Shown here one piece after another: positions 24,521-39,000 of a stretch of DNA of 64,000 bases. The translations under genes and the position numbers were made by a program. The first letter of the stretch is position 1. Each line of letters begins with the position of its first letter. Origin of the DNA: Camelus ferus (lineage: Eukaryota); the NCBI RefSeq assembly GCF_009834535.1, contig NC_045696.1, positions 42,782,001 through 42,846,000 of the forward strand, written 5' to 3'. The notes under the pieces are model-generated. The model made no database searches. It was given only the letters and a program-made list of their open reading frames with translations, and had not been told where the DNA came from.

Positions 24521-27147
24521 CGCAAGACAACTTGAACGCTCACCAGCAGTGCTATAATAGCAGTGCTATAATAAAGGATGTAACACTATCTCCTAAATAC
24601 TTGAATGATAGATGGGCAGGACCTATGTTAACTAGTACTAAAAAGTGCTTTTGTGGGAGTTGGGCTTGGAAGAGAACAAAGAAAGAGAAGCATTTAGTAA
24701 AAGACAAGTAGGTAAGTATTTAAATCAATTACGGGATAAGGATGAGTAACTCAATCAGAGTATGCATTCCAAAAAAGGAAATGGGCAAATAAACAACCCT
24801 CTGCCAATGCTGTCCTCTCTCCCTTCTTGAGACTTCTGTGATACACTAGGTTTGGTGGGCTAAGATTCTGAAGGGTTTTTGAAAAGAGAGGAGGATTCTG
24901 TGATCTCTAAAAGTCTTGTCTAAAGATCTTTGCTGCTTATTCATGACTGGCTTTCAGGCCTCTGATGAGTCCCACTGACTTCACAAAGATACCATCATCT
25001 TCCAGAATACTAAACTAGGATTGGTCTATTTAATGCTTCTATTATTTGGTGACTCCAAGTGCCATGATTTCTGAGAGGTAACCACTGTCACATGTTCCAA
25101 TGCACAACTCCTTTTGGATGATATACTGAACCTGAGAAAGAGCATAGACATAGTATTGGCCTCCAGATGTATTAGAGTTTGAATTGTAGCCATCACGTAC
25201 CAGATATGAAATTAGAAACAGGCTTTTTATTTTTAAGAGTGAAATATTGCCATCTAGTTTATTTTCTACTGTGTTTGCTGTTAATCATGGCATTTGCAAT
25301 TCTAATTAAGAAATGGGTGAACTTAGCAAGCAGTGTAAATTTGATAAGCATATCCTATGAGGAGATCAAATTATATTTGTAAAGAATCTCATGCACTAAT
25401 ATAAATCATAATTGTATTAATATATTAATAAGTTAATATTAATATATTAAAATCTTAAAATCTTAATAGCTAAGAATTGATTTTTTAAAAATGAAAGTTG
25501 TTCTGATTGTCACGAAGGCAAATCTTATTTATTTATGACTGAAAAACATTAGAAGAGAAATACATACAATGTGTTGAAAACTTTATATGTTTGAAAAGAT
25601 TCCACATGTGGATGTATACATGAGAAAAACATGTTTTAATACAGGTAAAAAAAATACTAAGATTGAATTACCTAAAAAAGCAACATATATGACTCTGTAT
25701 AACACCTAAGACTAGTTATGAACTGATGCATAGAAGTTCCAGTGATTTAAAACTGATTGATCTTGACAATGAATATAATCAATGATTGAAAATTGGCTAC
25801 TTGAAACTGTTTATTTAGAAAAAGTGACTATTGTCTATCAAAAGAAATGGAGTATTGGGTATACTCCAAGATAAAATAATTATATTTTGAGAATTAACAG
25901 TAACCTAAATTCAGAGATGACTGATGATCTATAATAATGCTTATCATGCACAAGTGTAATCACCTGATTACTGGGTTGTCAGAGTGCTAACATTCTTTTG
26001 AGCTATGTATTTTATTTTATTGAATAAAAGAGTGAGTGTATGAATAAATATATGGACATATGGATATATAGCTATGTGAAAAGCTGAAAATGATAAAAGA
26101 AAAAATTCAGAATCACCTTAAGTGGGAAAAGACATGATTTTATATATCTATCCATCTATCATTACAAATTGAAGAATTTAGGCTACATTTGTATTTGAAA
26201 ATAATTCTCAATTAAAATTTTAGCTATCATCACATAGAAAGTTCAGAATCTCACTGAAAATATGGAACTTAGATCCAACATATTTCCTAAAATGGAAGTA
26301 ATGGCATAAAGGAAAAATACAATAAAAACTGAGAGCCTTGTAGCACTGGTCTCGTAATTTGTAGTCACTGCAGAAATAAGCTGCATGAGTGATGTAAGGG
26401 TTTGTGTCAGAAGGGGCTGTAGCTAATTTTTTAAAAATAATGGTACTGGAAGCATTTATGATATCTATAAAGGTGGCAAAGATCAAGGTACAGGATATGT
26501 TACACTATTTTGGCCAAACATCAAATGAGAGACCTAGTGTTCTTTCATTTATATAATGCCGTAAAATATAAATTTTATTTAATTTGCTCTTTTAGATTAA
26601 ATATTAAGAAAACATATTGTTGATAAAATGTTGATGATCCTTAATTTGTACTTCAACTAATATGCTATGACAAACACCCCATATATAATCATGCATTCTG
26701 GAATGTACATCTAAAAAAGATACCTTGAGTAAAGATTTTTTTTAAAGCATTTCTCCATGATCTGAAGCACAATAAATAATTATTAGATTTATTTATAGGT
26801 TTATATCCCTTATCTTGTTTCACCAAGTTTTTAAAAATCTCTTGTAAAGTGTATGTATGTAATAAAGGGTAAGATGAAATTTTAGAGTAAAATGGAAATG
26901 GAAAAATAATAAAAATCTGTACAAATAAGTTTTGTACACTTGCTACAGATGTATCTCAGAGTGACTCTGTTTAATTGTCATATCAAAAGAAAACATGTGA
27001 AATTTTTGTTGGCTTAAAAACCATTTAAAATCAGGTTAATTGTAAATTGTACAGCTTTTCTTGATACCAAGATCTGATAGGAAATTCCCTCAAGGCTCCA
27101 ACAGGACATTATACTATTGATATTGCTACACCTCCAGTATATATCAC

Positions 27148-27172
27148 TGTGTGTGTGTGTGTGTGTGTGTGT
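27148..27172. repeat. (TG)n microsatellite
   Basis: Perfect TG dinucleotide run. Confidence 0.95.
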
Positions 27173-29004
27173 ATCCTACGTTCATGTATATATTTTATAT
27201 TTGTGCAAAATGCAGTAATGGAAATTCTGCTAGAGGGTCATTGCAAAATTAATTAGTACAAATAGATACTCTGGTCTCTGATAACATGACTTCTTAATCC
27301 AAGGAAATAATTCAAACTGCCTTCATAGGGTTTCTAACCCCAAGATATGTATCATCACAGGGATTCCAGTGATGGGATGAAGGCATTTTGTAAAGCACCC
27401 AAAACTGTAGTATGTTAATACCGTTATGTATCATTTTAGATTTTCCCTACTTCCACTATACATAACAATCTCAAATAAATTGTAACATGCAAAATTTAGA
27501 GAACCATTGCACGTCATGTGCTTATTAACTATTTAAATTCTGAATTAGCAAGTATAGTTATGTTCTTTGATAACTTATTACTATTTAATTGTTAGCTTTT
27601 AAGTAATTTGCTCTTGGCATCAACCATATCAGAAATGAGGGTCCCTTTATTTTATGGTTTTCATGATACTTTCTTTAAAATTACAGTTTTAGGTAAGTTA
27701 TATGATTTTCTCCTAGGACCTTCCCTCATAGAATTCAGCATGTGGCTGAAAGTCTTAACTATCATGGAGATTGATTTGCTATGATAAGAGCCATGGATGA
27801 ATTGTTTATGAACCAATATTTGGAGAAGGATTCCACTGTTTTTCATATTCATATTGTCTCAATTAGTGACACTTACCAAATCTGTTTCTTCATATAATAC
27901 CCAGGTATCTGTCTATATAAATCAGCAATGCCATGTAATTCTTATGGTATAAACCATTTTCTCCCTGATCAGACTTTCTACTTGATACTTGGAGGATGTG
28001 GGATCTGAATCCACTAACAATCCCAGAGACAAGTGGGATGAAAGGGTGGAGGACAGGACGACTACTGTCCATGTGCAAGGTAACTGCCTCAGGTGAGGTC
28101 ATTGCAAATCCATCAGGCAAGGCAGAACTTCTGTCACTAGACAGGAGAGGTACTTTTTCTGCTCTTTAAGAGATTTTGTGTGTGCGTGTGATTTGTGGGT
28201 TAAAGTCCTTAGATTCATCATAATTCGTCCAAATGTTCCATTCCACTTTCCAGAGATCTAGTCAGTCCCTTAAATTTTATGAGATCTGGCAGGGCTGGTA
28301 AATCTATTTATGTTCTAATTTAGCAATCCTTAGGAGAAGTTTCTGCTCTGCTTTTCAGTGTCAGCAGCCCACCCTTGAATCTGCAAGAGATATGGGATTC
28401 TTTTAGGATAAACATGGCGGCTTTCTCGTTCTTCATTATTACTTAAGCTGAGAATTTAGAACCTTGAACTTACCTTTTTTTTGTTTTAATGAAATGTTTC
28501 TAGTGCCATCAGAATAACCAGCACATTATTTGTGTTACTCATAACTAGATACTGGAACATGGAGACTATCTCCTACGAACACTCACGTCTTTTAGAACTT
28601 GTTTAAGAGCTACAGAAAGATGACTTCTATTTCATTCCTGTCTTTCAAATCCTGCATAAATGCATCTCAGTGGCAGAAACTAAATTGTATCCAGTACCTT
28701 AGTCACAAAGAAGTCTGAGGAAAGGCTTTTTAGCCGTTGAAATACAGAATGGAGCATGGGGCGGATTTGTTTTACTCAGTCTTTTCAGCATCACTTGACA
28801 AGTTGATTTTTGTCTTTTTAATGCACTTTCTGCTCTTGCTTTCTGTGTAATAGTATTTTGCTGTTTTCTTTCTTCATGCGTTGCCTGCTGTTTCTGAGGA
28901 TCATTTTCTGGATCAAGTGAATAAGGAAAATGGGGACAGAGGAATAGGTCCATCATCTTTGATATGATGACAGTGAAGATTTCTCTGTATAGGTTTCACT
29001 TAGG

Positions 29005-29051
29005 TTCTAGACTTAAGTCTAGAAGTCTGTGCGTGTGCAAGCACACGCACA
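29005..29051. repeat. Two adjacent perfect inverted repeats
   Basis: TTCTAGACTT|AAGTCTAGAA (29005-29024) and TGTGCGTGTGC-AA-GCACACGCACA (29028-29051). Confidence 0.9.
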
Positions 29052-29119
29052 TACAAATGTGGGGTGGGTTTTGGGAATAACACCAATCTTTTTTCTTTCT
29101 TCCTTTCTCCCTTCTTTCT

Positions 29120-29320
29120 CTTCTGTGGCAACTCTAGAGACCATATGTTGAGGGTGGTAGCATCACAAGATGGAATTCCTTGGCATCCTTGTGTAACTTC
29201 TTGAAGGGAGGCCACACCTCTCATGAAGAACAATATTGACTGTCTTGTTAAAAATAAATAACTTTCACTTTGTTTTAAGCCATTTAAAACAAAAGAGAGC
29301 TTTTAGTCTGTTTGTTTCAT
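29120..29320 (+). mobile_element. Old MLT1 (MLT1I/J-like) LTR fragment
   Basis: ATGTTGAGGGTGGTAGCATCACAAGATGGAA...TTGTTTTAAGCCA. Confidence 0.45.
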
Positions 29321-31854
29321 GAAAGTTTGAAGTTTATTAGAAAATAATGCTAGAAGGAGACAAGAAAAATGTGGGCATTAGCAATAAAGCGATTATCATG
29401 ATAGACAATGACATTTAGGTCAACTAAGAGCAAGTGGTATTGATGGTTAGTTAGAAAGTGATAGTGTCAATATGTTTATGACATTGACAAGTAATAGGAT
29501 TGTGAGGGTATTTGACCAAGTGAGAAGAAGTCTATGACATACTGTTTTAAAGTGTATGTTTGCTATCAAGAGTTGATGGGATGTTCATTTTCTTACGGTA
29601 TCAAGATTGAAGGCATGCTCATCAAAGTGAATGATTGAGGGGATATGAAGGAGAAATGAAAACACCAACTATGTGGAGATCAACAAACTGAGAGGCCAGG
29701 GGTTTATAGAGGACCATTTGAGAGATATTCATTTATTCCAATATTTAAAATTTTCTAGTTTTATCAGTAGATGAAACCAGAAGCGTAGGAAACTCATATT
29801 GGTCCTCTCTGAACACTTTGCTCTTTATATTTTACAGATTTACTTTTGGTGAGACAAAGATAATGTTGCATATAAAAACATGAGCATTGATGTCAGACTG
29901 CCATCTTCTGATTCTGGTGTAGCCATTCACTAGTGTAGTGGTACTTGGCAGTTGGTTTACTCAAGAAATTTTTTTTTCTGATGTAAAAGGAATTTTGAAG
30001 ATTAAATTAATTCAATGATTTTGAATGTCTTGATTAATAAATTACTATCATTATTGTGTAATATTATGCGTTCCTACTTTGCTTGATGACTTAGCATTAA
30101 AATTTACCACTAAGTTTACTGTAGGGACAATGGCGAGGACAGTATCCACCATATCATTTATTGTTACCTATGAAACTCCTTACTTTTCACACACACACAC
30201 AAAACAAAAACAGATATAGACTTCCAGATTGAAATGCCAAAAGAAATTTGCTTCCACTGAAAAACTGTTGTATATTCTCAAATTCTCCACAAGTATCATG
30301 CTAACAAATGTTCAGTCCCTTTTAGCTTTGGAGACCACATAATTAGAGTCAAAACAGTGGCTTGACTTTAATATAGGAAAAGACTCTGTCAGTATCATAT
30401 ACACACTCCCTTCCCTCCATTAATGATAACCTTTCATCTTATTTTAGATTTAATATTTATTTATTTATTCTTCCACATATATTACAAGTCACCTCAGTTC
30501 TTGTGTGTGTGCATATGTGTGTATTAATAAACTCAATATCCTAGATTTTGAAATCACAAACTGTTGGAAGGAAAACAGAGATCCAGAAGAAAATTTCTAC
30601 CTCTATAGAAAGTTTTTTTTTTTAAAACAATAGGGAAGGGTTTTCCACATAAGGACTAGAATGAAGCGATTCTCCTTCAGTGGGGGGCAACCCGAGCCTG
30701 TGATCTAAACGACTCTTTCTACAGGTCTCGTTTTGATTGAAAGGTTAGTTGTGCATCATCTATTGGCCTTGTTTCTTAATTGGGTCCAATCTATGTTATA
30801 ATTATTCCTTTACATTGTGATTTCTAGTGTCAGGGAACTTAGAATCTAATGAGGGTTCTAGACCTCTTTTCTCAATTACATCTATATGGATATTTTAATG
30901 GTAAAAGGAGATTAAAAATAAGGTTCTATTTCCTAGTCTACAACTGAATCAAGCAGGTGTTATTTTAATAATGTCCTATTCCCATCCCTGCAAGTAGAAC
31001 TTGCTGCATTGCAGCTGAGAAACCATGTTAAGTAGGACACCTATGAGCATCTTTGAGAAACTGCTCAGAGGTTAAATGTTTCTTACTTTTCATACCAGCA
31101 AATGATTTCATCTTTGACCTGTAATTTGACGTTCTAAGCATATAGTGTTTTGTATTTTAGTATCAAGCGTGATTAAGTCAATTGGATTTCATCCAATCTT
31201 TTATTAATTTTGGTACTGGGAAGGGTGAGGATAGACCATTGAATTTTAAGCCTATGTAAGTTTCAAGGAAGGCAAATACACAGAAGCAAATCAAGGTAGT
31301 GCAGTTCCTGTCAGTCCTGACAACAGCTCTGTGAAGTCTCACACATGATATACTGATTTAGGGTACTTATAAACTGTTCCCTTCTGGGCAAATTCATATC
31401 TTGTTTTACAAGACACTTGTGTACCTATTGTGTGGAAAATAATAAATTCTTAATAGACAAAGAAATGAAAACAAAATATCCCAGGCTTTAAGGAGCATTT
31501 CTTACGTGGGTAGTATTACCCAAGTTCAAAGAAAAAAAGGTATCTATCATAATGTATACCTGATGAAGTAATTTTTTATGAATTTCTAAGTAATAGAAAA
31601 CTTTGAATATGTACCACTTGGGCGTGAGGTAACTTTAGGAAATAAGAGGTCAGGGGCTATTTCAATGAAGAGGTCAGGACTTAAGTCAAGTCAAATTCAC
31701 CACGTATTTGCTTGATTTTTGAGTTATCTAAAACTTATTCCTACTGTATATTATTCAATATGATTTTCTACTGCATTTGCACATTTACCTACATCTTCTG
31801 ATTCATTTAGTCATATATTTTAATTCATTCATTAAAGATATATTTAATTCAAAT

Positions 31855-32720
31855 AAGAACTAAGTAAGTGGAGAGGTATTTTATGTTCATGGACAGGAAG
31901 ACTCAATATTGTCAAGATGTCCATTCTTCCTAACTTAATCTATAGATTCATTCGCAATTTCAATAAAAAATCCAGGCAAGTTTTTTTTTTTTTTTTTTTT
32001 TTTTTTGTATATTGCCAAACTGATTCTAAAGTTTATAAGGAGAGGTAGAGGATTCAGAATAACCAACTCATAAAGTTGGAGCACTGACACTATTTGACTT
32101 CAAGACATTCTGCAAAGCAATCAAGGAAGTCTGGGATTAGCAAAAAGTATACAGATAAATCATTGGAACAGAAGAGAGTTGAGAAACAGGCCCCCTCAGA
32201 TACAGTTATTTTATCTTCGATAAAGAACAAAAGCAATTCAATGGAGAAGGTAGTCTTTTTAATAAAAGTTTCTGAAACAATTAGATATCCACATATAAAA
32301 ACAAACAAACAAAAAGAATCTAGACACACACCTTACAACCTTTCACAAAAATTAACTCAAAATGATTCATAGACCTCAATGTAAAATGCAAACTATAAAA
32401 CTCCTAGAAGACGATACAGAAGAAAGTCTAAATGACCTTGGGTTTGGTGGTGACTTCTGAGATACAATACCAAAAGCAAGATCCATGAAGGAAGAATTGA
32501 TAAGATGGACTTAATGAACTCAAATGTAAACTATGGTCTTTGGGTGATAATGATGCTTCAGTGTTGGCTCATCAGTTGTGATAAATGTACCACTCTAGGG
32601 GGGATATGAATAGTAGTGGAGGTGGTGCGTGTGTAAGGCAGGGGGTATATGGAAACTCTCTGTATTTTATGTTCAGTTTTGCTGTGGACCTAAAACTGCT
32701 CTGAAAGTGTCTATCTAAAA
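31855..32720 (+). mobile_element. L1MC-like element (ORF2 part fused directly to 3' end)
   Basis: TGTTCATGGACAGGAAGACTCAATATTGTCAAGATG (ORF2) up to ~32512, then AATGTAAACTATGGTCTTTGGGTGATAATGATG...TTTTGCTGTGGACCTAAAACTGCTCT (L1MC 3' end). Confidence 0.75.
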
Positions 32721-32721
32721 A

Positions 32722-33500
32722 GATAAAGAAACAATAGCAAATTAAACCTGATGATGAAAGAAAGAAAATGATAAACATGGGAAGAAATTAATGAGTTAGA
32801 AAACAAGCATTCAACAGAGAAAGTCAGGAAAGACAAAAATTGGTTCTTTAAAAAAAGTAATTAACCCATGGCAAGATATATATATAATCATTAATATATA
32901 GCAGATAAAACATCAATGTAAGGAATGCAAAAGAAGATATTTATACTGTCAAATAGTTAATTAGAAATATAATACATGTGTATTATGTTCAGTTTTCGAT
33001 GGATACATTGAAAAATTTAGATGGAATGGACAATTCCTGGAGAAATACAACTTAGCTGAATTTATATCATAATGAAGAGAAAATTGAAAAGACTATTCTT
33101 TGACGGAAATTTAATCCATAACTAAAAGCTTTTCTTCAAAGAAATCTCTAGACCATATAGCTTTTCCATCCACATAACATTACTCAAAGCTTTAGTAAAT
33201 AGAAAAATAGATCATTATATCCTATTTGTTTTATGAGACCAGCATAAGATGAATACAAAAACTTGCCAAGGATATTACCGGAAAGGAAAATTATAAGACA
33301 ATCATCTTGCAATCTTAAATATAAGATGTGAACTATTGCAAACAAACTTAGAGCTAACTAGGTATCATATGTATAAGTGTCCTTTTATCCATGTAAATAA
33401 ATCTGGTCACTACTCTGAGAATAATGGATTTGGAGGGTTTTAAGAAAAGAGGAAATATGTATTATTCCATAGACGCCCTATGATATAGTAGAAAAATTCA
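32722..33500 (+). mobile_element. Ancient L1 ORF2 fragment
   Basis: AAAATTGGTTCTTT, AAAATTTAGATGGAATGGACAATTCCTGGAGAAATACAACTTA, TTTTATGAGACCAGCATAA. Confidence 0.55.
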
Positions 33501-33714
33501 TATCTGTTAAGTTTCTTTCATTCAATATTTTACACCCTGGTGAGGAAATAAAAGCCATTATTGTAAAAGAACACTTTAAATATCAATATTAAGTAATGCA
33601 GACTGCTAGAGTATAGGAATTTATTGACTCAGTGTGGTATTTAGAAGTCGGAAAATTCTTTGTGAATAGAAGAAGAGGTAATGAATGGACTTTATTGTAC
33701 ATAACCTTAGCTGA

Positions 33715-33721
<7 letters not shown>

Positions 33722-33746
<25 letters not shown>
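33722..33746. repeat. (TA)n microsatellite
   Basis: Perfect TA run. Confidence 0.9.
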
Positions 33747-33898
33747 GTAACTAGTTGGAGAATAGAAGAAAGTTTATTCCTGGAAGAGAAAAATAATATG
33801 AGCAGATGGAGTAAAGTGGTAATTAACTGTGGGCTGTGAAGCCGTAGCTCCTAGGGTAATGCCTCACACATTAGAGACCTTCAGTACACTTAAAAAAC

Positions 33899-35727
33899 TT
33901 TTTTTTTTTAATTGAAGTATAGTTGATTTACAATGTTGTGTTGTTTTCTGGTGTACAGCATAGTGATTCAATTATACATAAATTCTTTTTCATTATAGGC
34001 TATTATAAGTTATTTAATACAGTTCCCTATGCTATACAGTAGGACCTTTTATCTGGTTTATATATAACGGTTAGTATCTACAAATCTCAAACCCTCCATT
34101 TATCCCTGCAACCCTTCCTTTACCCCCAGGTAACCATAAATTTGTTTTCTATGTCTGTGAGACTGTTTCTGTTTTGTAAATAAGTTCATTTGTCTTACAT
34201 TTTTTTAAAGATTCCACATATAAGTGATATCATATGGCATTTTTACTTTCTCTTTCTGGCTTAGTGACAGTCTCCAGGTCGATCCACGTTGCTGCAAATG
34301 GAATAATTTCATTTTTTTTTATGTCTAAGTATTGCATTATATGTATGCAATTTATTTATCCAATCCTCCATCAATGGACATTTAGGTTGCTTTTATGTCT
34401 TGGCTATTGTAAATAGTGCTGCTATGAACATTGGGTGCATGTAATTTTTTGAATTAGAATTTCCTCTGGATATATGCCCACGAGTGGGATTGCTGGATCA
34501 TATGCTAAGTCTATTTTTAGTTAGTTTTTTTTTTTTAAGGAATCTCCACACTGTTTTCCATAATGGCTACATCAAACTATATTCCCACCAACAGTGTAGG
34601 AAGGTTCTCTTCTCTCCACACCCTCTCCAGCATTTATTGCTTGTGGACTTTTCAATAATGAATGTGAAGTGATACCTCATTGTAGTTTTGACTTGCATTT
34701 CTCTAATAGTTAGAAATACTGAACTTTTTTATGTGCCTATTGGCCATCTGTATGTCTTTACTGAAAAAATGTTTGTTTGGGTCTTCTGCCCATTTAAAAA
34801 ATATATTTTCTGTTTGTTTTGTTTTTTGTTCTTGAGTTGTATGGCTGTTTGTATATTCTGGAAATTAAGCCCTTGTCAGTCACATCATTTGCAAATATTT
34901 TCTCCCATTCCTTAGCTTGTCTTTTCCTTTTGTTTATACTTTCCTTTCCTATGCAAAAGCTTATGAGTTTGATTAGGTCTCATTTATTTATTTTTGCTTT
35001 TATTTCTGTTGCCTTGGTAGATTGCCCTTGGAGAACACTGCTAAGATTCACATCAGAGATTGTTTTGCCTATGTTTTCTTCTCAAGGTTTATAGTGTCTT
35101 GTCTTAATGTTTAAGTCTTTAAACCATTTTGAGTTTATTTTTGTGTATGGTGTGAGAGAGTGTTCTAAGTTCATTGATTTACATGCAGCTGTCCAACTTC
35201 CCCAGCACCAACTTCAGAAGAGGCTGTCTTCTCTCCATTGTATATTCTTGCCTCCTTTGTTGAAGATTAATTGACCATACTTGTGTCGGTTTATTTCTAG
35301 TCTCTATTCTGACCCATTCATCTATATGTCTGTTTTTGTGCCAATATCACGCTGTTTTGAATATTGTAGCTTTGTAGTATCATCTGATGTCTGAGAGGGT
35401 TATTTATCCAGCTTTGTTCATTTTCTTCAGTATTGCTTTGATGATTCTGGGTCTTTTGTGATTCCATATAAATTTTTGGATTATTTGTTCTAGTTTTGTG
35501 AAAAATGTCCTAGGTAATTTGACAGGGATCACATTAAATCTGTAGATTGTTTGGGGGTATTATGGCCATTTTTACAATATTAATTCTTCCAATCCAAGAG
35601 CATGAGTTATCTTTCTATTTCTTTTCTATTTCTAATCATCTTTAATTTCCTTAATCAGTGTTTCATAGTTCTTTGCTTATAAGTCTTTCACTTCTTTGGT
35701 TAGGTTTATTCTTAAGTATTTTATTTT
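33899..35727 (-). mobile_element. Older cetartiodactyl-type L1, 3' part (host of the nested L1)
   Basis: Poly-T then AATTGAAGTATAGTTGATTTACAATGTTGTG; colinear with the young L1 3' half; continues at 43430. Confidence 0.9.
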
Positions 35728-36073
35728 ATTTTATTTTATTTTATTTTATTTTGAATATATATATATAAACATTTTTTATTGATTTATAATCATTTTACAA
35801 TGTTGTGTCAAATTCCAGTGTAGAGCACAATTTTTCAGTTATACATGAACATATATATATTCATTATCACATTTTTTTCTCTGTGAACTACCATAAGATC
35901 TTGTGTATATTTCCCTGTGCTATACAGTATAATTTTGTTTATCTATTCTACAATTTTGAAATCCCATCTATCCCTTCCCACCCTCCACCCCCTTGGCAAC
36001 CACAAGTTTGTATTCTATGTCTATGAGTCTATTTCTGTTTTGTATTTATGCTTTGTTTTTTTGTTTCTGTTTT

Positions 36074-39000
36074 TTAGATTCCACATATAAGCGATCTCAT
36101 ATGGTATTTTTCTTTCTCTTTCTGGCTTGCTTCACTTAGAATGACATTCTCCAGGAGCATCCATGTTGCTGCAAATGGCATTATGTTGTCAGTTTTTATG
36201 GCTGAATAGTATTCCATTGTATAAATATACCACTTCTTCTTTATCTAGTCATCCGTTGATGGACATTTAGGCTGTTTCCGTGTTTTGGCTATTGTAAATA
36301 GTGCTGCTATGAACATTGGGGTTCAGGTGTCATCCTGAAGTAGGGTTCCTTCTGGATATAAGCCCAGTAGCAGGATTCCTGGGTCATATGGTAAGTCTAT
36401 TCCTAGTCTTTTGAGGAATCTCCATACTGTTTTCCATAGTGGCTGCACCAAACTGCATTCCCACCAGCAGTGTAGGAGGGTTCCCCTTTCTCCACAGCCT
36501 CTCCAGCATTTGTCATTTGTGGATTTTTGAATGATGGCCATTCTGACTGGTGTGAGGTGATACCTCATTGTAGTTTTGATTTTCATTTCTCTGATAATTA
36601 GTGATATTGAGCATTTTTTCATGTGCTTATTGATCATTTGTATGTCTTCCTTGGAGAACTGCTTCTTCAGGTCTTTTGCCCATCTTTGGATTGGGTTGTT
36701 TGGTTGTTTCTTATTAAGTCGTATGAGCTGCTAATATATTCTGGAGATCAAGCCTTTCTTGGTTTCATTTGCAAAGATTTTCTCCGATTCTGTAGGTTGT
36801 CTTTTTGTTTTACTTATGGTTTCCTTTGCTGTGCAGAAGCTTGTAAGTTTCATTAGGTCCCATTTGTTTATTCTTGCTTTTATTTCTTCTCGGAGAAAAT
36901 TTTTGAGATGTATATCAGATAATGTTTTGCCTATATTTTCCTCTAGGAGGTTTATTGTATCTTGTCTATGTTTAAGTCTTTGATCCATTTTGAGTTGATT
37001 TTTGTGTATGGTGTAAGGGAGTGTTCTAGCTTCATTGTTTTACATGCTGCTGTCCAGTTTTCCCAACACCATTTGCTGAAGAGACTTCTTTATTCCATTG
37101 TATATTCTTGTCTCCTTTGTCGTAGATGAGTTGACCAAAAGTTTGTGGGTTCATTTCTGGGCTCTCTATTCTGTTCCATTGGTCTATATGTCTGTTTTGG
37201 TACCAATACCATGCTGTCTTGATGACTGTAGCTCTATAGTATTGTCTGAAGTCTGGGAGAGTTATTCCTCCAGCCTCTTTCTTTCTCTTCAGTAATGCTT
37301 TGGCAATTCTAGGTCTTTGATGGTTCCATATAAATTTTATTATGATTTGTTCTAGTTCTGTGAAGTATGTCCTGGGTAATTGGATAGGGATTGCATTAAA
37401 TCTGTAGATTGCCTTGGGCAGTGTGACCATTTTAACAATATTGATTCTTCCAATCCAAGAGCATGGGATATCTTTCCATTTTTTAAAGTCTTCTTTAATT
37501 TCCCTCATCAGTGGTTTATAGTTTTCTGTGTATAATTCTTTCACCTCCTTGGTTAGGTTTATTCCTAGGTATTTTATTACTTTGGGTGCTATTTTAAAGG
37601 GGATTGTTTCTTTACTTTCTTCTTCTGTTGATTTATCGTTAGTGTAAAGAAATGCAACTGATTTTTGAACATTAATCTTGTAACCTGCTACCTTGCTGAA
37701 TTCTTTGATCAGCTCTAGTAGTTTTTGTGTGGACCTTTTAGGGTTTTCTATATATAGTAACATGTTATCATGATATAGTGACACTTTCTCCTCTTCTTTT
37801 CCAATTTGGACCCCTTTTATTTTTCTCTCTTGCCTGATTGCTGTGGCTCAGACTTCCAAGACTATGTTGAATAGGAGTGGTGATAGTGGGCATCCTTGTC
37901 TTGTCCCAGATTTTAGTGGGAAGCTTTTGAGTTTTTCACCAGTTGAGTACTATGCTGGCTGTAGGTTTGTCATATATAGCTTTTATTATGTTGAGATATG
38001 TCCCCTCTATACCCACTTTGGTAAGAGTTTTTATCATAAATGGGTGTTGACTTTTATAAAATGCTTTTTCTGCATTGATTGAGATGATCATGTGGTTTTT
38101 GTCCTTTCTCTTGTTGATGTGATGTATTACATTGATTGATTTGCGTATGTTGAACCACCCTTGTGTCCCTGGGATGAACCCCACTTGGTCATGATGTATA
38201 ATCTTTTTTATGTGTTATTGGATTCTATTTGGTAATATTTTGGTGAGGATTTTGGCGTCTATGTTCATCAGTAATATTGGTCTGTAATTCTCTTTTTTGG
38301 TAGTGTCTTTGCCTGGTTTTGGTATCAGGGTGATGGTGGCTTCATAGAATGAGTTTGGGAGTATTCCCTCCTTTTCAGTCTTCTGGAAGAGTTTGAGAAG
38401 GACTGGTATGAGTTCTTCTTTGTATGTTTGGTAAGATTCCCCGGTGAAGCCATCTGGTCCTGGAGTTTTATTTGTAGGGAGGTTTTGTATTGCTATTTCG
38501 ATTTCATTTCTAGTGATAGATTTGTTCAAGTGGTCAGTTTCTTCTTGATTCAGTCTTGGTGGACTGTATGTTTCCAGAAGCTTGTCCATCTCCTCTAGGT
38601 TATCCAGTTTGGTTCCATATAGTTTTTCATAATATTCTCATATGATATTCTGTATTTCTATTTTATTTGTCATAATTTCTCCATTATCCTTTCTTATTTT
38701 GCTAATTTGTGCTCTCTCTTTTCTCTTCTTTGTGAGTTTGGCCAGAGGTTTATCAATTTTATTTACTTTTTCAAATAACCATCTTTTGGTTTGATTGATT
38801 TTTTTCTATGGTCTTTTTAATCTGTATTTTATTTATTTCCTCCTTGATCTTTATTATTTCCTTCCTTCTGCTGCCTTTTGGGGTTTTTTGTTCTTCTTTT
38901 TTAGTTCATTCAGCTGGTGGGTTAAATTGTTTATTTGAGATTGTTCTTCTTTTTTGAGGAAGGCCTGTATGGTATAAACTTCCCTCTTAGCACTGCCTTT

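Noticed and set aside
27973..28079. Plus-strand exon-like segment (CAG|...CAAG|GTAACT) with one open frame
   Set aside because: Peptide not recognised; such splice-like pairs are common by chance
28698..28910. Minus-strand exon-like segment (polypyrimidine tract + CAG ... AAG|GTAC)
   Set aside because: No recognisable protein, weak donor and no partner exons
30725..30743. Possible 19-nt micro-exon (TTCTACAG|...AAAG|GTTAGT)
   Set aside because: Not frame-preserving and no independent support
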